Origin: Candidatus Fermentibacteraceae bacterium
GTDB taxonomy: Bacteria > Fermentibacterota > Fermentibacteria > Fermentibacterales > JCC-6
DNA: 64,000 nt
Assembly (NCBI GenBank): GCA_041750285.1
Contig: JBGSZS010000017.1
Location: 1-64,000 of the forward strand
Direction of reading: 5' to 3'
Part shown: positions 1 to 9,533 of the stretch, in pieces
Position numbering within the stretch: the stretch's first letter is position 1
Layout of the letters: the number at the start of each line of letters is the position of its first letter
Notes under the pieces: model-generated
Seen by the model: the letters and a program-made list of their open reading frames with translations, nothing else
Told to the model about the DNA's origin: nothing
The model's database searches: none
Program-made: the position numbers and the translations under genes

Positions 1-141
1 CAACATGGAGAGAAAGCACTCATCTCTTGGAGACAGGACTCCGGATGCCATATACTCAAGCCGGGAAACCGGAAACCATGAAGCTGCCTGAGTCTAACGA
101 AAACCGACCCACGAGCTGTCTACAAAAGTGGGGACACTTCA
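1..141 (+). mobile_element. 3' end of an IS3-family insertion sequence: transposase C-terminus (2..91) and right inverted repeat (~116-141)
   Basis: Frame 2 reads NMERKHSSLGDRTPDAIY...EAA*, matching the IS3 OrfB tail N-x-x-R-x-H-S-S-L-G-x-x-T-P; followed by CTGTCTACAAAAGTGGGGACACTTCA, an IS3-like terminal repeat ending in CA. Confidence 0.75.
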
Positions 142-197
142 GGCAGAACACCCGCCCGAACGGGAAGGGTTGGCAACCGGCTTGTTTTACAAGTGGA

Positions 198-226
198 TTG
201 ACAGCAAGGACATGTAGTTCAATAAT
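198..226 (+). promoter_or_regulatory. Sigma70-type promoter
   Basis: TTGACA (198-203), 17 nt spacer, AATAAT (221-226), then a GGAGG RBS before the ATG at 245. Confidence 0.55.
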
Positions 227-244
227 CTTGCCGGAGGGTGTTGC

Positions 245-856
245 ATGGGAAGAGTGCTGATCGCTTCATTGGGCATGCTGCTTTCTGTCTCGATGACAGC
301 GAGGGCGGATGATGTGTTATGGAGCTACTCCCTCTCTTCGCTTCCCGATGCGTGGGGGCAGTACGGCTTCGAGTTCTCCCCGGAAGGGGCACACGCTCAC
401 CACGAACAAGTGTGGAACAGTGACTTCGGGCTCAGAGGACAGTGCTTTATCATGTTGACTGAGATCATAACTGTCCCCCAGGACATGGACTCCCTGGTGC
501 TTCACATCCCTCAGCATACCTACCTTTCCGCTGCTGCAAGTTCAGGCGGGTTTACCACTGCATCGGTATCACTGGAAAAACTCTTGGACGGGCAAAGCTC
601 GGAGATCATCTGGGCACGCAACGTTACAAACCAGTCGCCACCACTTTCCGACAGCGCCCCAATCCACTTCAGGTTTACGGCCCTTTCTTCCGGGCAGTTC
701 ATCTCATTCCTATTCAGGGGATACCATTCCGGCTATCTCGGCGAGACATGTGTGGACATGTGGCTGTACGGAGCCACACTCACCGCATACGGTGACATGC
801 GCCTCAACTGCACGACCTGGGGCGCCATCAAGGATACTGTCGGCCGTTCAAGGTAG
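245..856 (+). CDS. Secreted hypothetical protein with C-terminal TWGAIK motif
   Basis: Signal peptide ending ARA-D; tail LTAYGDMRLNCTTWGAIK; paralog of 12107..12730. Confidence 0.8.
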   Translation: MGRVLIASLGMLLSVSMTARADDVLWSYSLSSLPDAWGQYGFEFSPEGAHAHHEQVWNSDFGLRGQCFIMLTEIITVPQDMDSLVLHIPQHTYLSAAASSGGFTTASVSLEKLLDGQSSEIIWARNVTNQSPPLSDSAPIHFRFTALSSGQFISFLFRGYHSGYLGETCVDMWLYGATLTAYGDMRLNCTTWGAIKDTVGRSR

Positions 857-858
857 GG

Positions 859-2328
859 CTACCTGATCAGCAGAAGCCGTGCGGAATCGCTGCAACCCCG
901 TGTGTTCACCACAAGGAAGTACTGCCCGTCGGGAAGGGGCACGCCGGAATCATCAGACCCGGACCACTGGAGCGAATGATTGCCTGCGTTCAGAAAACCC
1001 GGAAACACTTCATACTGCAGTCTGCCCGCCATATCGTAGATCCGCGCTTCCAGAACCGATGGATGTGAGAGGGAGAGGTCAACAGTAACGGTGTTCTGGA
1101 ACGGAACGGGAGAGACCGAGAGGATTTCCAGCGGTTCCTGACTGCTCTCAGGCTCTGTGATGCCAAGGAGTGTCCCGGTTTTGATCACCAGCATGTCGCT
1201 GCCGCCATGACCCCATGAATGGGTTGCGCCAACTATGAAGCTCTCCACGTAGTCTTCCTTGTGAAGTGCGTATGCAGCGTCAGTGCTTTCCCCTCCATAC
1301 GTGCAGTCCCAGTACATGAGCCCGTCCGGGTCCACACGAACAAGGTACACATCGTAGGACCTCAGACCGAAGGAGGCCGTTCTGCCCACCGCGAGGTAGC
1401 CATACGGCGTGAACTCGCATACCGAAAAGGCACGGTCGTCCTTGATGCCCCCGTATGTATTCTCCCAAAGAACGTTTCCCTGATCGTCTATCTTGAGAAG
1501 CCAAAGGTCCGCATTGCCGGAACCAGTCGAGTTGGTGTATCCGCAGATCAGGTATGACCCGTCACTTGTTCGGATGGCATTTGTGCAGTAATCGGTTCCC
1601 GTACCGCCGTAGGTTTTCTCCCACAGAAGATTGCCCGAGGCATCGGTTCTAACCACCCACGCATCGTAATCCCCACTTCCCTGGGAATTCGTGCTTCCAA
1701 ACATCATGTAGCCGTCATTGTTGATTGAATACGCGCTTATCCCGATGTCGGTTCCGTCGCCTCCGAAGGCCTTCTGCCACTGCATGTACCCCCCGTTGGA
1801 GAGCTTCACGAGCCAGGCGTCCACCCCTCCGTTCCCGAAGGATGAAGTGAAGCCCGTGGCGATGTAGCCCTCTGTGAACATGCATCTGCCCACGAACCGG
1901 AACTCGTCCCAACCGCTTCCGCCGTATACTTTTTCATACAGGCTGGAAGGCTCGTTGCCCGAAGTTCTGAGCAGATATCCGTCCCCTTCGCCGGCTCCCG
2001 TCGAACATGTCACTCCCGCGATCAGGTAACCGCCACCCCAGCAGTCAGTGATGCTTCTGAAGCAGTCGAACTGGTTGCCACCCCTGGCCATGCGCCAGAC
2101 ATAGTCACCCGCGCCTATATCCACACAGACAATCCAGGCGTCAGCATCGCTGTATACATTGCTTGTGGTCATGCCGACTACCAGGGCGAATCCCCCGGAT
2201 TTGGGAGCCACACCGTAAGCGATATCGTCTCCGGCATAACCAAACCATCTCGCCCACTCAATGTCGACCTGAGCGGCAGCCGGTATGACAAGGGTGAACA
2301 ACACCATCAGATTGTATGGAAACTTCAT
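859..2328 (-). CDS. Secreted beta-propeller-like repeat protein (W-x-x-T-Y-G-G repeats) with T9SS/FlgD-Ig C-terminal domain
   Basis: Signal peptide MKFPY...AAA-Q with GGAGG RBS; repeated D(A/L)W(L/V)..D..G..LWEKTYGG units; tail PVPF...IYDMAGR...LPDGQYFL. Confidence 0.85.
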   Translation of the reverse strand: MKFPYNLMVLFTLVIPAAAQVDIEWARWFGYAGDDIAYGVAPKSGGFALVVGMTTSNVYSDADAWIVCVDIGAGDYVWRMARGGNQFDCFRSITDCWGGGYLIAGVTCSTGAGEGDGYLLRTSGNEPSSLYEKVYGGSGWDEFRFVGRCMFTEGYIATGFTSSFGNGGVDAWLVKLSNGGYMQWQKAFGGDGTDIGISAYSINNDGYMMFGSTNSQGSGDYDAWVVRTDASGNLLWEKTYGGTGTDYCTNAIRTSDGSYLICGYTNSTGSGNADLWLLKIDDQGNVLWENTYGGIKDDRAFSVCEFTPYGYLAVGRTASFGLRSYDVYLVRVDPDGLMYWDCTYGGESTDAAYALHKEDYVESFIVGATHSWGHGGSDMLVIKTGTLLGITEPESSQEPLEILSVSPVPFQNTVTVDLSLSHPSVLEARIYDMAGRLQYEVFPGFLNAGNHSLQWSGSDDSGVPLPDGQYFLVVNTRGCSDSARLLLIR

Positions 2329-2669
2329 GTCAGCCTCCATTCTGACCAAGTATATAGCATAAGGTTGTTGCCTCAAAGCCGCCACGGACAACCACTCCAG
2401 GGCAGCCGCTGAAGCAATGCCGGCAGTCTTCGGGTGTCACGGCCCTTCACCCGGGGAGATTGCCTTGGCTCGCCCGACACGCTATTTTTCGCTTTGGAGT
2501 TGAGGGCCTGGGTGGAAGGTTTGCCCGGGTCGGCACCGCTGTGGCGTGTTCACTAACTTCATGGTTGACTTCGTTTTCCAAAAGTTGAGTTGAAAAAGGG
2601 CGGTTCCACCGCAACCCGTAATGCGACTTCATGTGGTGTGCCGTCTTCCGGGAGAGCAGAAAACTATTC

Positions 2670-5600
2670 ATGAAACCCTTTGACCCAACAGGCGCGGTCC
2701 TTGTGCTCGGTGGCGGCATAGGCGGCATACAGGCCTCGCTGGATCTTGCCGATTCGGGGTTCAAGGTCTATCTGGTGGAAAGGCTGGGGGCAATCGGCGG
2801 CACCATGGCAGCGCTGGACAAGACTTTCCCCACCAACGACTGCTCCATGTGCATCCTCTCCCCCAAGCTCGTCGAGTGCGGCAGGCACCTGAACATCGAG
2901 ATACTCACCAACTCTGAATTCCTTGGCATCGAGGGAACCCCTGGCGCGTTCACTGCCACGGTCCGGCAGGAGCCAAGGTACGTAGACCCCCTGAAATGCA
3001 CGGGTTGCGGCGAATGCGCCAAAAAGTGCCCGGTCGGGCTGCCCGATCCGTTCAACAGGGGGCTGAACGGGAAGAAGGCGGTGTTCCGCCTCTACGAGCA
3101 GGCGTATCCGCCCTCGTTCGAGATAGACATGGAAAAGTGTAAAAAGTGCAGGCTCTGCGAGAAGACCTGCAGCGCCGGAGCGATAGATTTCTGCATGGAG
3201 CCGAAGACCCTTTCCCTCTCCGTGGGTGCCGTCATTGCGTGCCCGGGTTTCGAGGCGTTCGATGCCGGCCTTCTGGCCAACTACGGCTACGGTGTTTTCC
3301 CGAACGTGCTGACGGGCATGGAGTTCGAGAGGATACTAAGCGCTTCCGGGCCTTATCAGGGCAGACTGCTCAGGCCGTCGGACGGGAAGGCTCCCCGCAA
3401 CATCGCGTGGATTCAGTGCGTGGGCTCGCGCGACACGCACCGCGTTCACAACAACTACTGCTCCTCGGTGTGCTGCACCTACGCCATCAAGGAGGCGGTG
3501 GTGGCAAAGGAGCACTCCGGCGCAGAACTTGGCACCACGATCTTCTACATAGACATAAGGACACACGGCAAGGGCTTCGAGCGGTACTACGAGCGTGCGA
3601 AAGGCTGTCACGGCGTGCGGTTCGTGAAGTCCGAGATACACAGGATATACCGTGACAGCTCCGAGAACCTCACGCTGCGGTACGCTGAGAACGGAGTGAT
3701 CCGCGAGGAAGTCTTCGACATGGTCGTTCTGTCCACGGGGATGGTTCAGGGCGACGGCAACCGCGAGATGGCGAGGAGGCTCGGTCTCGAACTGAACGAA
3801 CACGGTTTCTGCGCAACCGGGGTCTTCTCACCCGTCGGCACTTCCTCACCCGGCATCTTCGCCGCCGGTGCTTTCACAGGCCCGAAGGACATCCCCGAGA
3901 CGGTCATGGGGGCAAGCGCCGCAGCAGCCGAGGCCTCGGCCCTTCTCGCCCCCTCCAGGCACGCCCTCACCCAGGCGAAGTCGTACCCCGCCGAATCCGC
4001 CGCCATGGGTGTGAAGCCCCGCATCGGGGTTTTCATCTGCCACTGCGGCATCAACATCAGCAGCGTCGTGAACATCGCCGAGGTCAAGGCATACGCCCAG
4101 GGCCTTCCGAACGTGGTTTACGTGGATGACGCCCTTTTCTCCTGCTCGCAGGACAACCAGCGCAGGATCAGGGACAGCATAGCCACCCACAGGCTCAACC
4201 GGGTGGTCGTGGCGGCGTGCACGCCCAGGACCCATGAACCGCTGTTCATGGAGACGATGCGGGAAGCCGGACTCAACAAGTACCTGTTCGAGATGGCCAA
4301 CATCCGCGACCAGTGTTCTTGGGTCCACCAGAACCAGCCCGAGATGGCTACCAGGAAGGCCAAGGACCTTGTACGCATGTCCGTGGCGAAGGCGAAGCTC
4401 ATCGAGCCGCTTTTCCAGACCCGGCTCGACGTGAACGGGTCGGCCCTCGTTGTCGGGGGCGGCATCGCGGGCATGGTGAACGCTCTTGCGCTTGCATCCC
4501 TGGGGTTCGGGGTTCACCTGGTGGAAATGTCCTCCGAACTCGGCGGCAACGCCCGAAGGCTTCATTCCACAATCGAGGGCATGGATGTTCCCGGGTTCGT
4601 GAAGGACCTTTCCGAAAGGGTTGCGAACGAACCGCTGATAACCCTTCACACCGACTCCCATATCACCAGTGTGCGGGGGTTCGTGGGCAACTTCACCACC
4701 ACGCTCGAAAACACATGCATTGGCGGCGAAACCGAAGTCACACACGGCGTGGCCGTGATTGCCTCGGGAGGCGGGCCGTACACTGCCAACGAGTACCTGT
4801 ACGGACAGAGCCCCCGCGTCTTCTCGCTTCTGGAACTCGAAGGCGAGTTGGCCGTGAAGAACCCCCTCGTACTCGGCGCGAAGAACATCGTGCTCATACA
4901 GTGCGTGGGTTCACGGGACGCCGAGAGGCCCTACTGCAGCCGAACCTGCTGCAGCAAATCCGTCAAGATCGCCCTCGAGATCAGGAAAGAAAGCCCCGGT
5001 GCGAACATCTACGTGCTCTACCGCGACATTCGAACCTACGGGTTCCTCGAGCAGTACTACCTCGAGGCGCGGGAAGCGGGCGTGCAGTTCCTTCAGTACG
5101 ACCCTGAGCAGAAGCCCACGGTCGAACTGGTCACCCGCGACGGAGAGGAGCGGGTCAGGGTCACCGTGACCGACCTCATACTGAACGAGGAACTCTCGAT
5201 AGACGCCGATGTGCTGGGGCTGGCCACGGCCATCGTCCCGTCACCGGGGGCCGGCGAGCTTGCCGGGATGTTCAAGGTTCCCCTGAACGAGGACGGCTTC
5301 TTCATGGAGTCGCACATCAAGCTCCGTCCGGTCGATTTCCCCTCCGAGGGCGTCTTCGTGTGCGGGCTGGCCCACAGCCCCAAGCTCATCGGAGAGAGCA
5401 TCATCCAGGCTAAGGCCGCGGCCTCGAGGGCCGCGGTCATACTTTCCCGCGATTCCATCGAAGCCGGCGGAACGGTCAGCGCCATCGACAGGAACAGGTG
5501 CAGGGGGTGCGGGTTGTGCGTGGAGCTCTGCCCCTACGGAGCGATCGACTATGTCGACACCGAGAGGATCGCGGCCGTGAACGAGGCACTCTGCAAGGGC

Positions 5601-5705
5601 TGCGGCGTCTGCGCGTCGTCGTGCCGCAGCGGCGCCGCCGGGATAAAGGGGTTCACGGACAACGAGATATTCTCGATGATACAGACAGGTGTACAGCGGT
5701 CATGA
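2670..5705 (+). CDS. hdrA: Heterodisulfide reductase subunit A-like flavoprotein, double FAD-domain form
   Basis: GGGIGG and GGGIAG FAD motifs, DKTFPTNDC, two IQCVGSRD...YCS..CC motifs, IGVFICHCG, ACTPRTHE, NIRDQCSWVH, ferredoxin motifs. Confidence 0.95.
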   Translation: MKPFDPTGAVLVLGGGIGGIQASLDLADSGFKVYLVERLGAIGGTMAALDKTFPTNDCSMCILSPKLVECGRHLNIEILTNSEFLGIEGTPGAFTATVRQEPRYVDPLKCTGCGECAKKCPVGLPDPFNRGLNGKKAVFRLYEQAYPPSFEIDMEKCKKCRLCEKTCSAGAIDFCMEPKTLSLSVGAVIACPGFEAFDAGLLANYGYGVFPNVLTGMEFERILSASGPYQGRLLRPSDGKAPRNIAWIQCVGSRDTHRVHNNYCSSVCCTYAIKEAVVAKEHSGAELGTTIFYIDIRTHGKGFERYYERAKGCHGVRFVKSEIHRIYRDSSENLTLRYAENGVIREEVFDMVVLSTGMVQGDGNREMARRLGLELNEHGFCATGVFSPVGTSSPGIFAAGAFTGPKDIPETVMGASAAAAEASALLAPSRHALTQAKSYPAESAAMGVKPRIGVFICHCGINISSVVNIAEVKAYAQGLPNVVYVDDALFSCSQDNQRRIRDSIATHRLNRVVVAACTPRTHEPLFMETMREAGLNKYLFEMANIRDQCSWVHQNQPEMATRKAKDLVRMSVAKAKLIEPLFQTRLDVNGSALVVGGGIAGMVNALALASLGFGVHLVEMSSELGGNARRLHSTIEGMDVPGFVKDLSERVANEPLITLHTDSHITSVRGFVGNFTTTLENTCIGGETEVTHGVAVIASGGGPYTANEYLYGQSPRVFSLLELEGELAVKNPLVLGAKNIVLIQCVGSRDAERPYCSRTCCSKSVKIALEIRKESPGANIYVLYRDIRTYGFLEQYYLEAREAGVQFLQYDPEQKPTVELVTRDGEERVRVTVTDLILNEELSIDADVLGLATAIVPSPGAGELAGMFKVPLNEDGFFMESHIKLRPVDFPSEGVFVCGLAHSPKLIGESIIQAKAAASRAAVILSRDSIEAGGTVSAIDRNRCRGCGLCVELCPYGAIDYVDTERIAAVNEALCKGCGVCASSCRSGAAGIKGFTDNEIFSMIQTGVQRS

Positions 5706-6166
5706 ATGCACAGGCGCCCGGAGGGATGGAGAACAGGTCCGTGGAATGGGAACCCCGGATAATCGCCTTCCTCTGCAACTGGTGCAGTTACGCCGGCGCC
5801 GATCTTGCGGGAGTCGGTCGGCTGCAGTACCCCTCCAACGTCAGGATCATAAGGGTCCCCTGTTCGGGACGGATCAGCCCCTTCTTCATTCTGTCGGCTT
5901 TCCAGAAGGGTGCCGACGGAGTCATCGTGAGCGGCTGCCACCCCGGCGACTGCCATTACATAAGCGGCAACTACAGCGCGCGGCGCAAGTTCGCCCTTCT
6001 CAAGGGCCTGCTTGACCACATAGGCATCGAGGAGGGAAGGCTTCACTTCACCTGGATATCCGCGTCGGAGGGCGGCAGGTTCGCCGATGTGATGGGCTCG
6101 GTCACCGAGACAGTAAGGGCGCTGGGCCCCGTGAGGCAGATGGTCGGGCCGGGGGTTCGGACATGA
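5702..6166 (+). CDS. mvhD: MvhD/FlxD [2Fe-2S] subunit (alternative start 5726)
   Basis: FLCNWCSYAGAD, RVPCSGR, GCHPGDCHY, WISASEG motifs; ATGA overlap with hdrA. Confidence 0.93.
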   Translation: MNAQAPGGMENRSVEWEPRIIAFLCNWCSYAGADLAGVGRLQYPSNVRIIRVPCSGRISPFFILSAFQKGADGVIVSGCHPGDCHYISGNYSARRKFALLKGLLDHIGIEEGRLHFTWISASEGGRFADVMGSVTETVRALGPVRQMVGPGVRT

Positions 6167-7137
6167 GCCGGACGGGTCTCACCGAAAGGATTCGCGAAGA
6201 GGCTGCACGTCTCCTTGCCGACGGCACGGTCGACGTGGTCATTGGCTTCGAGCAGGGTTCACTTCCCCTCCGGGCAACGCCGTGTTTTGCAAGAGACGCC
6301 GCCGATGCCGGACGGCTCGTCTGGAATGCATTCTGCGGCAACAATCTGAGCAGGTACATACGCCGGTTCGACAAAAGGGTCGGCATTGTGGTAAAGGGCT
6401 GCGACACACGCTCGATCGTCGAACTCATCAAGGAGAATCAGGTCCAAAGGGATAACCTGGTGATAATCGGCGTTCCCTGTGACGGCATGGTCGATGAAGG
6501 CATTCTGCAAGGGCTGTGCAAAGGCAGGGAGATACTGTCCGTTGAGGAGGGGGACGGCGTGCTCGTTGTGACCGACGCCGGGCGGACCATGCGGATCCCC
6601 CGGGATGAGTGCCTGCATCAGGGCTGCAGGGTCTGCACGCAAAGGAACCCCGTCATTCATGACATCCTGGCGGGCGAGCCGGTTCAGGAGCAGCCGGGCG
6701 ACACGTATCGGGACGTTGCCGGCTTCGCCGCGGCCCCGCCCGACGCCAGGTGGGCGCGGATCACCGGGGAGATGGACCGGTGCATCCGCTGTTACGCATG
6801 CCGCGACGCGTGCCCCCTCTGCTACTGCGCGAACTGCTTCGTCGACGCCACGATGCCCCAGTGGGTGGGCAAAAGCGTTGGCGGCAGCGATACGCTCTCC
6901 TTCCATCTGATGCGTTCGCTGCACCTCGCCGGGAGGTGCGTCGAGTGCGGTGCGTGTGAGCGGGCATGCCCCATGGGAGTGGACATACGCACGCTTCACC
7001 GGAAGGTGTCATCGGATGTGGCAGGCTTGTTCGGGTACAAACCGGGGATGAGCCTGAGCGAACCGGCGCCGCTTTCCCGTTTCGAACCCGACGACCCTGA
7101 GGATTTCATGACGGGCGGGTCTCCATGCGCGGAGTGA
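6163..7137 (+). CDS. flxC: FlxC-like 4Fe-4S protein
   Basis: VKGCD, CIRCYACRDACPLCYC, HLAGRCVECGACERACP; position in Hdr-Flx cluster. Confidence 0.8.
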   Translation: MSRTGLTERIREEAARLLADGTVDVVIGFEQGSLPLRATPCFARDAADAGRLVWNAFCGNNLSRYIRRFDKRVGIVVKGCDTRSIVELIKENQVQRDNLVIIGVPCDGMVDEGILQGLCKGREILSVEEGDGVLVVTDAGRTMRIPRDECLHQGCRVCTQRNPVIHDILAGEPVQEQPGDTYRDVAGFAAAPPDARWARITGEMDRCIRCYACRDACPLCYCANCFVDATMPQWVGKSVGGSDTLSFHLMRSLHLAGRCVECGACERACPMGVDIRTLHRKVSSDVAGLFGYKPGMSLSEPAPLSRFEPDDPEDFMTGGSPCAE

Positions 7138-8177
7138 ATGAAATGTCTGCCGTGCGTTTGGGCAAGGGCGACGTGGCGGGATTCCTCGAAGGACTTCTTG
7201 CTGATTGGACCGTTGTGGCCCCGGTGATGCATGACGGCATCGTGAGCTTCCGGGCCATCACGTCGGGCACCGAGGCCGATCTTGACTATTCCAACAGCGC
7301 ACAGTCCCCTAAGGGCGTGGTGCTGCCCCAGGTGGAAACACTTCTGTCCTGCCCGTGTTCGTCCCCTGAAGGGGAGGATGTTGTCGAACACACCCCTGAA
7401 CCCGGCCGGGTGGTCCTTTTCGGGGTCCGTCCCTGCGATGCCAGGGGGATCGGTTTCCTCGACCGAGTTTTCGGGGAAGGGGCGAACGGCGACAACTACT
7501 ACGCTTCGAGGAGGGAATCGCTGCTCGTGGTCTCCCTGGGGTGTTCGCACCCGCTTGCGACGTGTTTCTGCACCACGACAGGCGGCGGCCCGTTCTCAAC
7601 CGAAGGGTCCGACCTGATCATGGCGGAGCACGGGGACGAGTACATCGTGTTCGCAGTCACCGAAAACGGTGCAACGTTCCTTTCGCGGCACGGGCTCTCG
7701 AAAGCCGCAGAAAGTGCCGTACAAGCCGTTTTGAGTGCTGCTGAGACGAGCGTGGCCGAGATGCAGCCCCGGGTCGGCCTGTCCATCCTGAAGGGATCAC
7801 TGGACGGCTCCTTCGACGCGGCGGCCTGGAACACACTGACTGAGAAGTGCGTTGGGTGCGGTGTCTGCACCTACGTTTGTCCGACCTGTCACTGCTTTGA
7901 CATCGTCGACGAAGTAAGCGGGGGTTCCCGCGTGAGAAACCGGATCTGGGACTCGTGCCAGTTCCCGTGTTTCACACGGCAGGCTTCGGGGTTTGACCCC
8001 AGGCCCACTTACAGGGAAAGGTACCGCCAGCGCTTCATGCACAAGTTCAGCTTCTGCACGGACAGGTACGGCACGCCGGGTTGCGTGGGGTGCGGCCGCT
8101 GCGTCACGGAATGCCCCGTGAACCTCGACATCCGCCGTATCATGGCGTTCTTCAGCGAAAAGCGGGGAGAGGAATAG
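7134..8177 (+). CDS. flxB: FlxB-like (AsrA-type) 4Fe-4S protein; start 7134 (GTG) or 7143
   Basis: GVRPCD, CFCT, CVGCGVCTYVCPTCHCF, WDSC, RYRQRFMHKF, CVGCGRCVTECP. Confidence 0.82.
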   Translation: MNEMSAVRLGKGDVAGFLEGLLADWTVVAPVMHDGIVSFRAITSGTEADLDYSNSAQSPKGVVLPQVETLLSCPCSSPEGEDVVEHTPEPGRVVLFGVRPCDARGIGFLDRVFGEGANGDNYYASRRESLLVVSLGCSHPLATCFCTTTGGGPFSTEGSDLIMAEHGDEYIVFAVTENGATFLSRHGLSKAAESAVQAVLSAAETSVAEMQPRVGLSILKGSLDGSFDAAAWNTLTEKCVGCGVCTYVCPTCHCFDIVDEVSGGSRVRNRIWDSCQFPCFTRQASGFDPRPTYRERYRQRFMHKFSFCTDRYGTPGCVGCGRCVTECPVNLDIRRIMAFFSEKRGEE

Positions 8178-8178
8178 G

Positions 8179-9018
8179 ATGATGAACCCCTACATGCCCT
8201 TTCCCATGAGGGTTGAGAAGAGCATTGCGGAGACCGACGACGGCAGCATCCGTACGCTTTCGCTGTCATTCGTCAGAAAGGCTGATTCCGAAGGGTTCAG
8301 CTTCAGGGCCGGGCAGTTCGCGGAACTCTCCCTTCTGGGCACGGGAGAGGCGCCCTTCGGCATCGCTTCCTCACCGGTCGACCCGGGTCTGCTTGATTTC
8401 ACCGTGAGCAGGATAGGCCTTGTCACGTCCGAACTTCACAACCTGGACACCGGAGACCGTGTCGGAATGAGGGGTCCGCTGGGAAACGGGTACCCCCTCG
8501 AGGAATTGTTCGGGCGGAACGTACTCGTAGTGGGAGGGGGGTTCGGCTTCTCCACCCTGCGCGCCTTCACGGGATACGCCCTGCACCCGGGCAACCGTGG
8601 TCTTTTCGGAGATCTGACCGTGGTGTACGGGGCAAGGAACCCCGGGCTGCTCCTGTACCGGCAGGACCTGTTGGAATGGGCCGGAAGGGACGACATCGAC
8701 CTCCATGTAACTGTCGATTCCCCGGATGCGGAGTGGACCGGCAGGACCGGGGTGGTGCCTGCCGTAGTGAGGGAGCTCTGCATCGAAGCCGGCAGGACAA
8801 CCGCCCTGGTCTGCGGTCCCCCCGCGATGATAAGGTACACACTGCCCGTTCTGACAGAGCTGGGTCTTCCGCCGGAAATGGTCTTCCTGTCGCTGGAGAT
8901 GAAGATGAAGTGCGGCCTGGGCAAGTGCGGACGGTGCAACATAGGGGAAGCATACGTATGCACGGACGGTCCGGTCTTCAGCACGGCCCGCCTGAGCGCC
9001 CTGCCGGGAGACTACTGA
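8179..9018 (+). CDS. flxA: FlxA-like FAD/NAD(P)H oxidoreductase (AsrB/PyrK family)
   Basis: GQF, GEAPF, RGPLGNGY, GGGFG, CGPPAM, MKCGLGKCGRC, CTDGPVF. Confidence 0.88.
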   Translation: MMNPYMPFPMRVEKSIAETDDGSIRTLSLSFVRKADSEGFSFRAGQFAELSLLGTGEAPFGIASSPVDPGLLDFTVSRIGLVTSELHNLDTGDRVGMRGPLGNGYPLEELFGRNVLVVGGGFGFSTLRAFTGYALHPGNRGLFGDLTVVYGARNPGLLLYRQDLLEWAGRDDIDLHVTVDSPDAEWTGRTGVVPAVVRELCIEAGRTTALVCGPPAMIRYTLPVLTELGLPPEMVFLSLEMKMKCGLGKCGRCNIGEAYVCTDGPVFSTARLSALPGDY

Positions 9019-9019
9019 C

Positions 9020-9529
9020 ATGACCGACCTTACGAACGTCAACACAGCGCTCTGGCGCGAGATCACCGAATCGTGCGGCGACATACGGAAGTGCTTCAAC
9101 TGCAACACCTGCGTGGCGGGCTGCCCGGCTGCCGAGGGTTCCCCGCCCCTGCTGATACGCAACCTCGTGAGGAAGGTGCTTCTGGGGCTCGAGGACGGGC
9201 TTCTCGAGGATGAGACGCCCTGGCTCTGCGTCACATGCTCCGCCTGTGAGGAGATGTGCCCGATGGGGGTCCATCCCTTCGAGGTGTGCCTGGCGATAAG
9301 ACGCTGGCAGAGCCGCAACGACGAAACGTTCATCCCCGCCGCCATCCCCGAGATATTCGAGACGGGGCATACACAGGCCCTGGGCCAGGTCAGGGAAAAA
9401 AGGCGGGCCGTGGGGCTCGACGAGGTCCCTCCCACCATCGTGAAGTTCCCCGAGCTTCTGGAGAAGTTCAGGGAGATGCTCAGGAACACCGACATCGTAA
9501 AAGACAACGAATACATGTTCAAGGAATGA
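9020..9529 (+). CDS. hdrC: Heterodisulfide reductase subunit C
   Basis: CFNCNTCVAGCP and WLCVTCSACEEMCP. Confidence 0.88.
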   Translation: MTDLTNVNTALWREITESCGDIRKCFNCNTCVAGCPAAEGSPPLLIRNLVRKVLLGLEDGLLEDETPWLCVTCSACEEMCPMGVHPFEVCLAIRRWQSRNDETFIPAAIPEIFETGHTQALGQVREKRRAVGLDEVPPTIVKFPELLEKFREMLRNTDIVKDNEYMFKE

Positions 9530-9533
9530 TCAG

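Noticed and set aside
2530..2560. Possible Rex operator upstream of hdrA (GTG...TTCACTA)
   Set aside because: Only one half-site fits and the spacing is off
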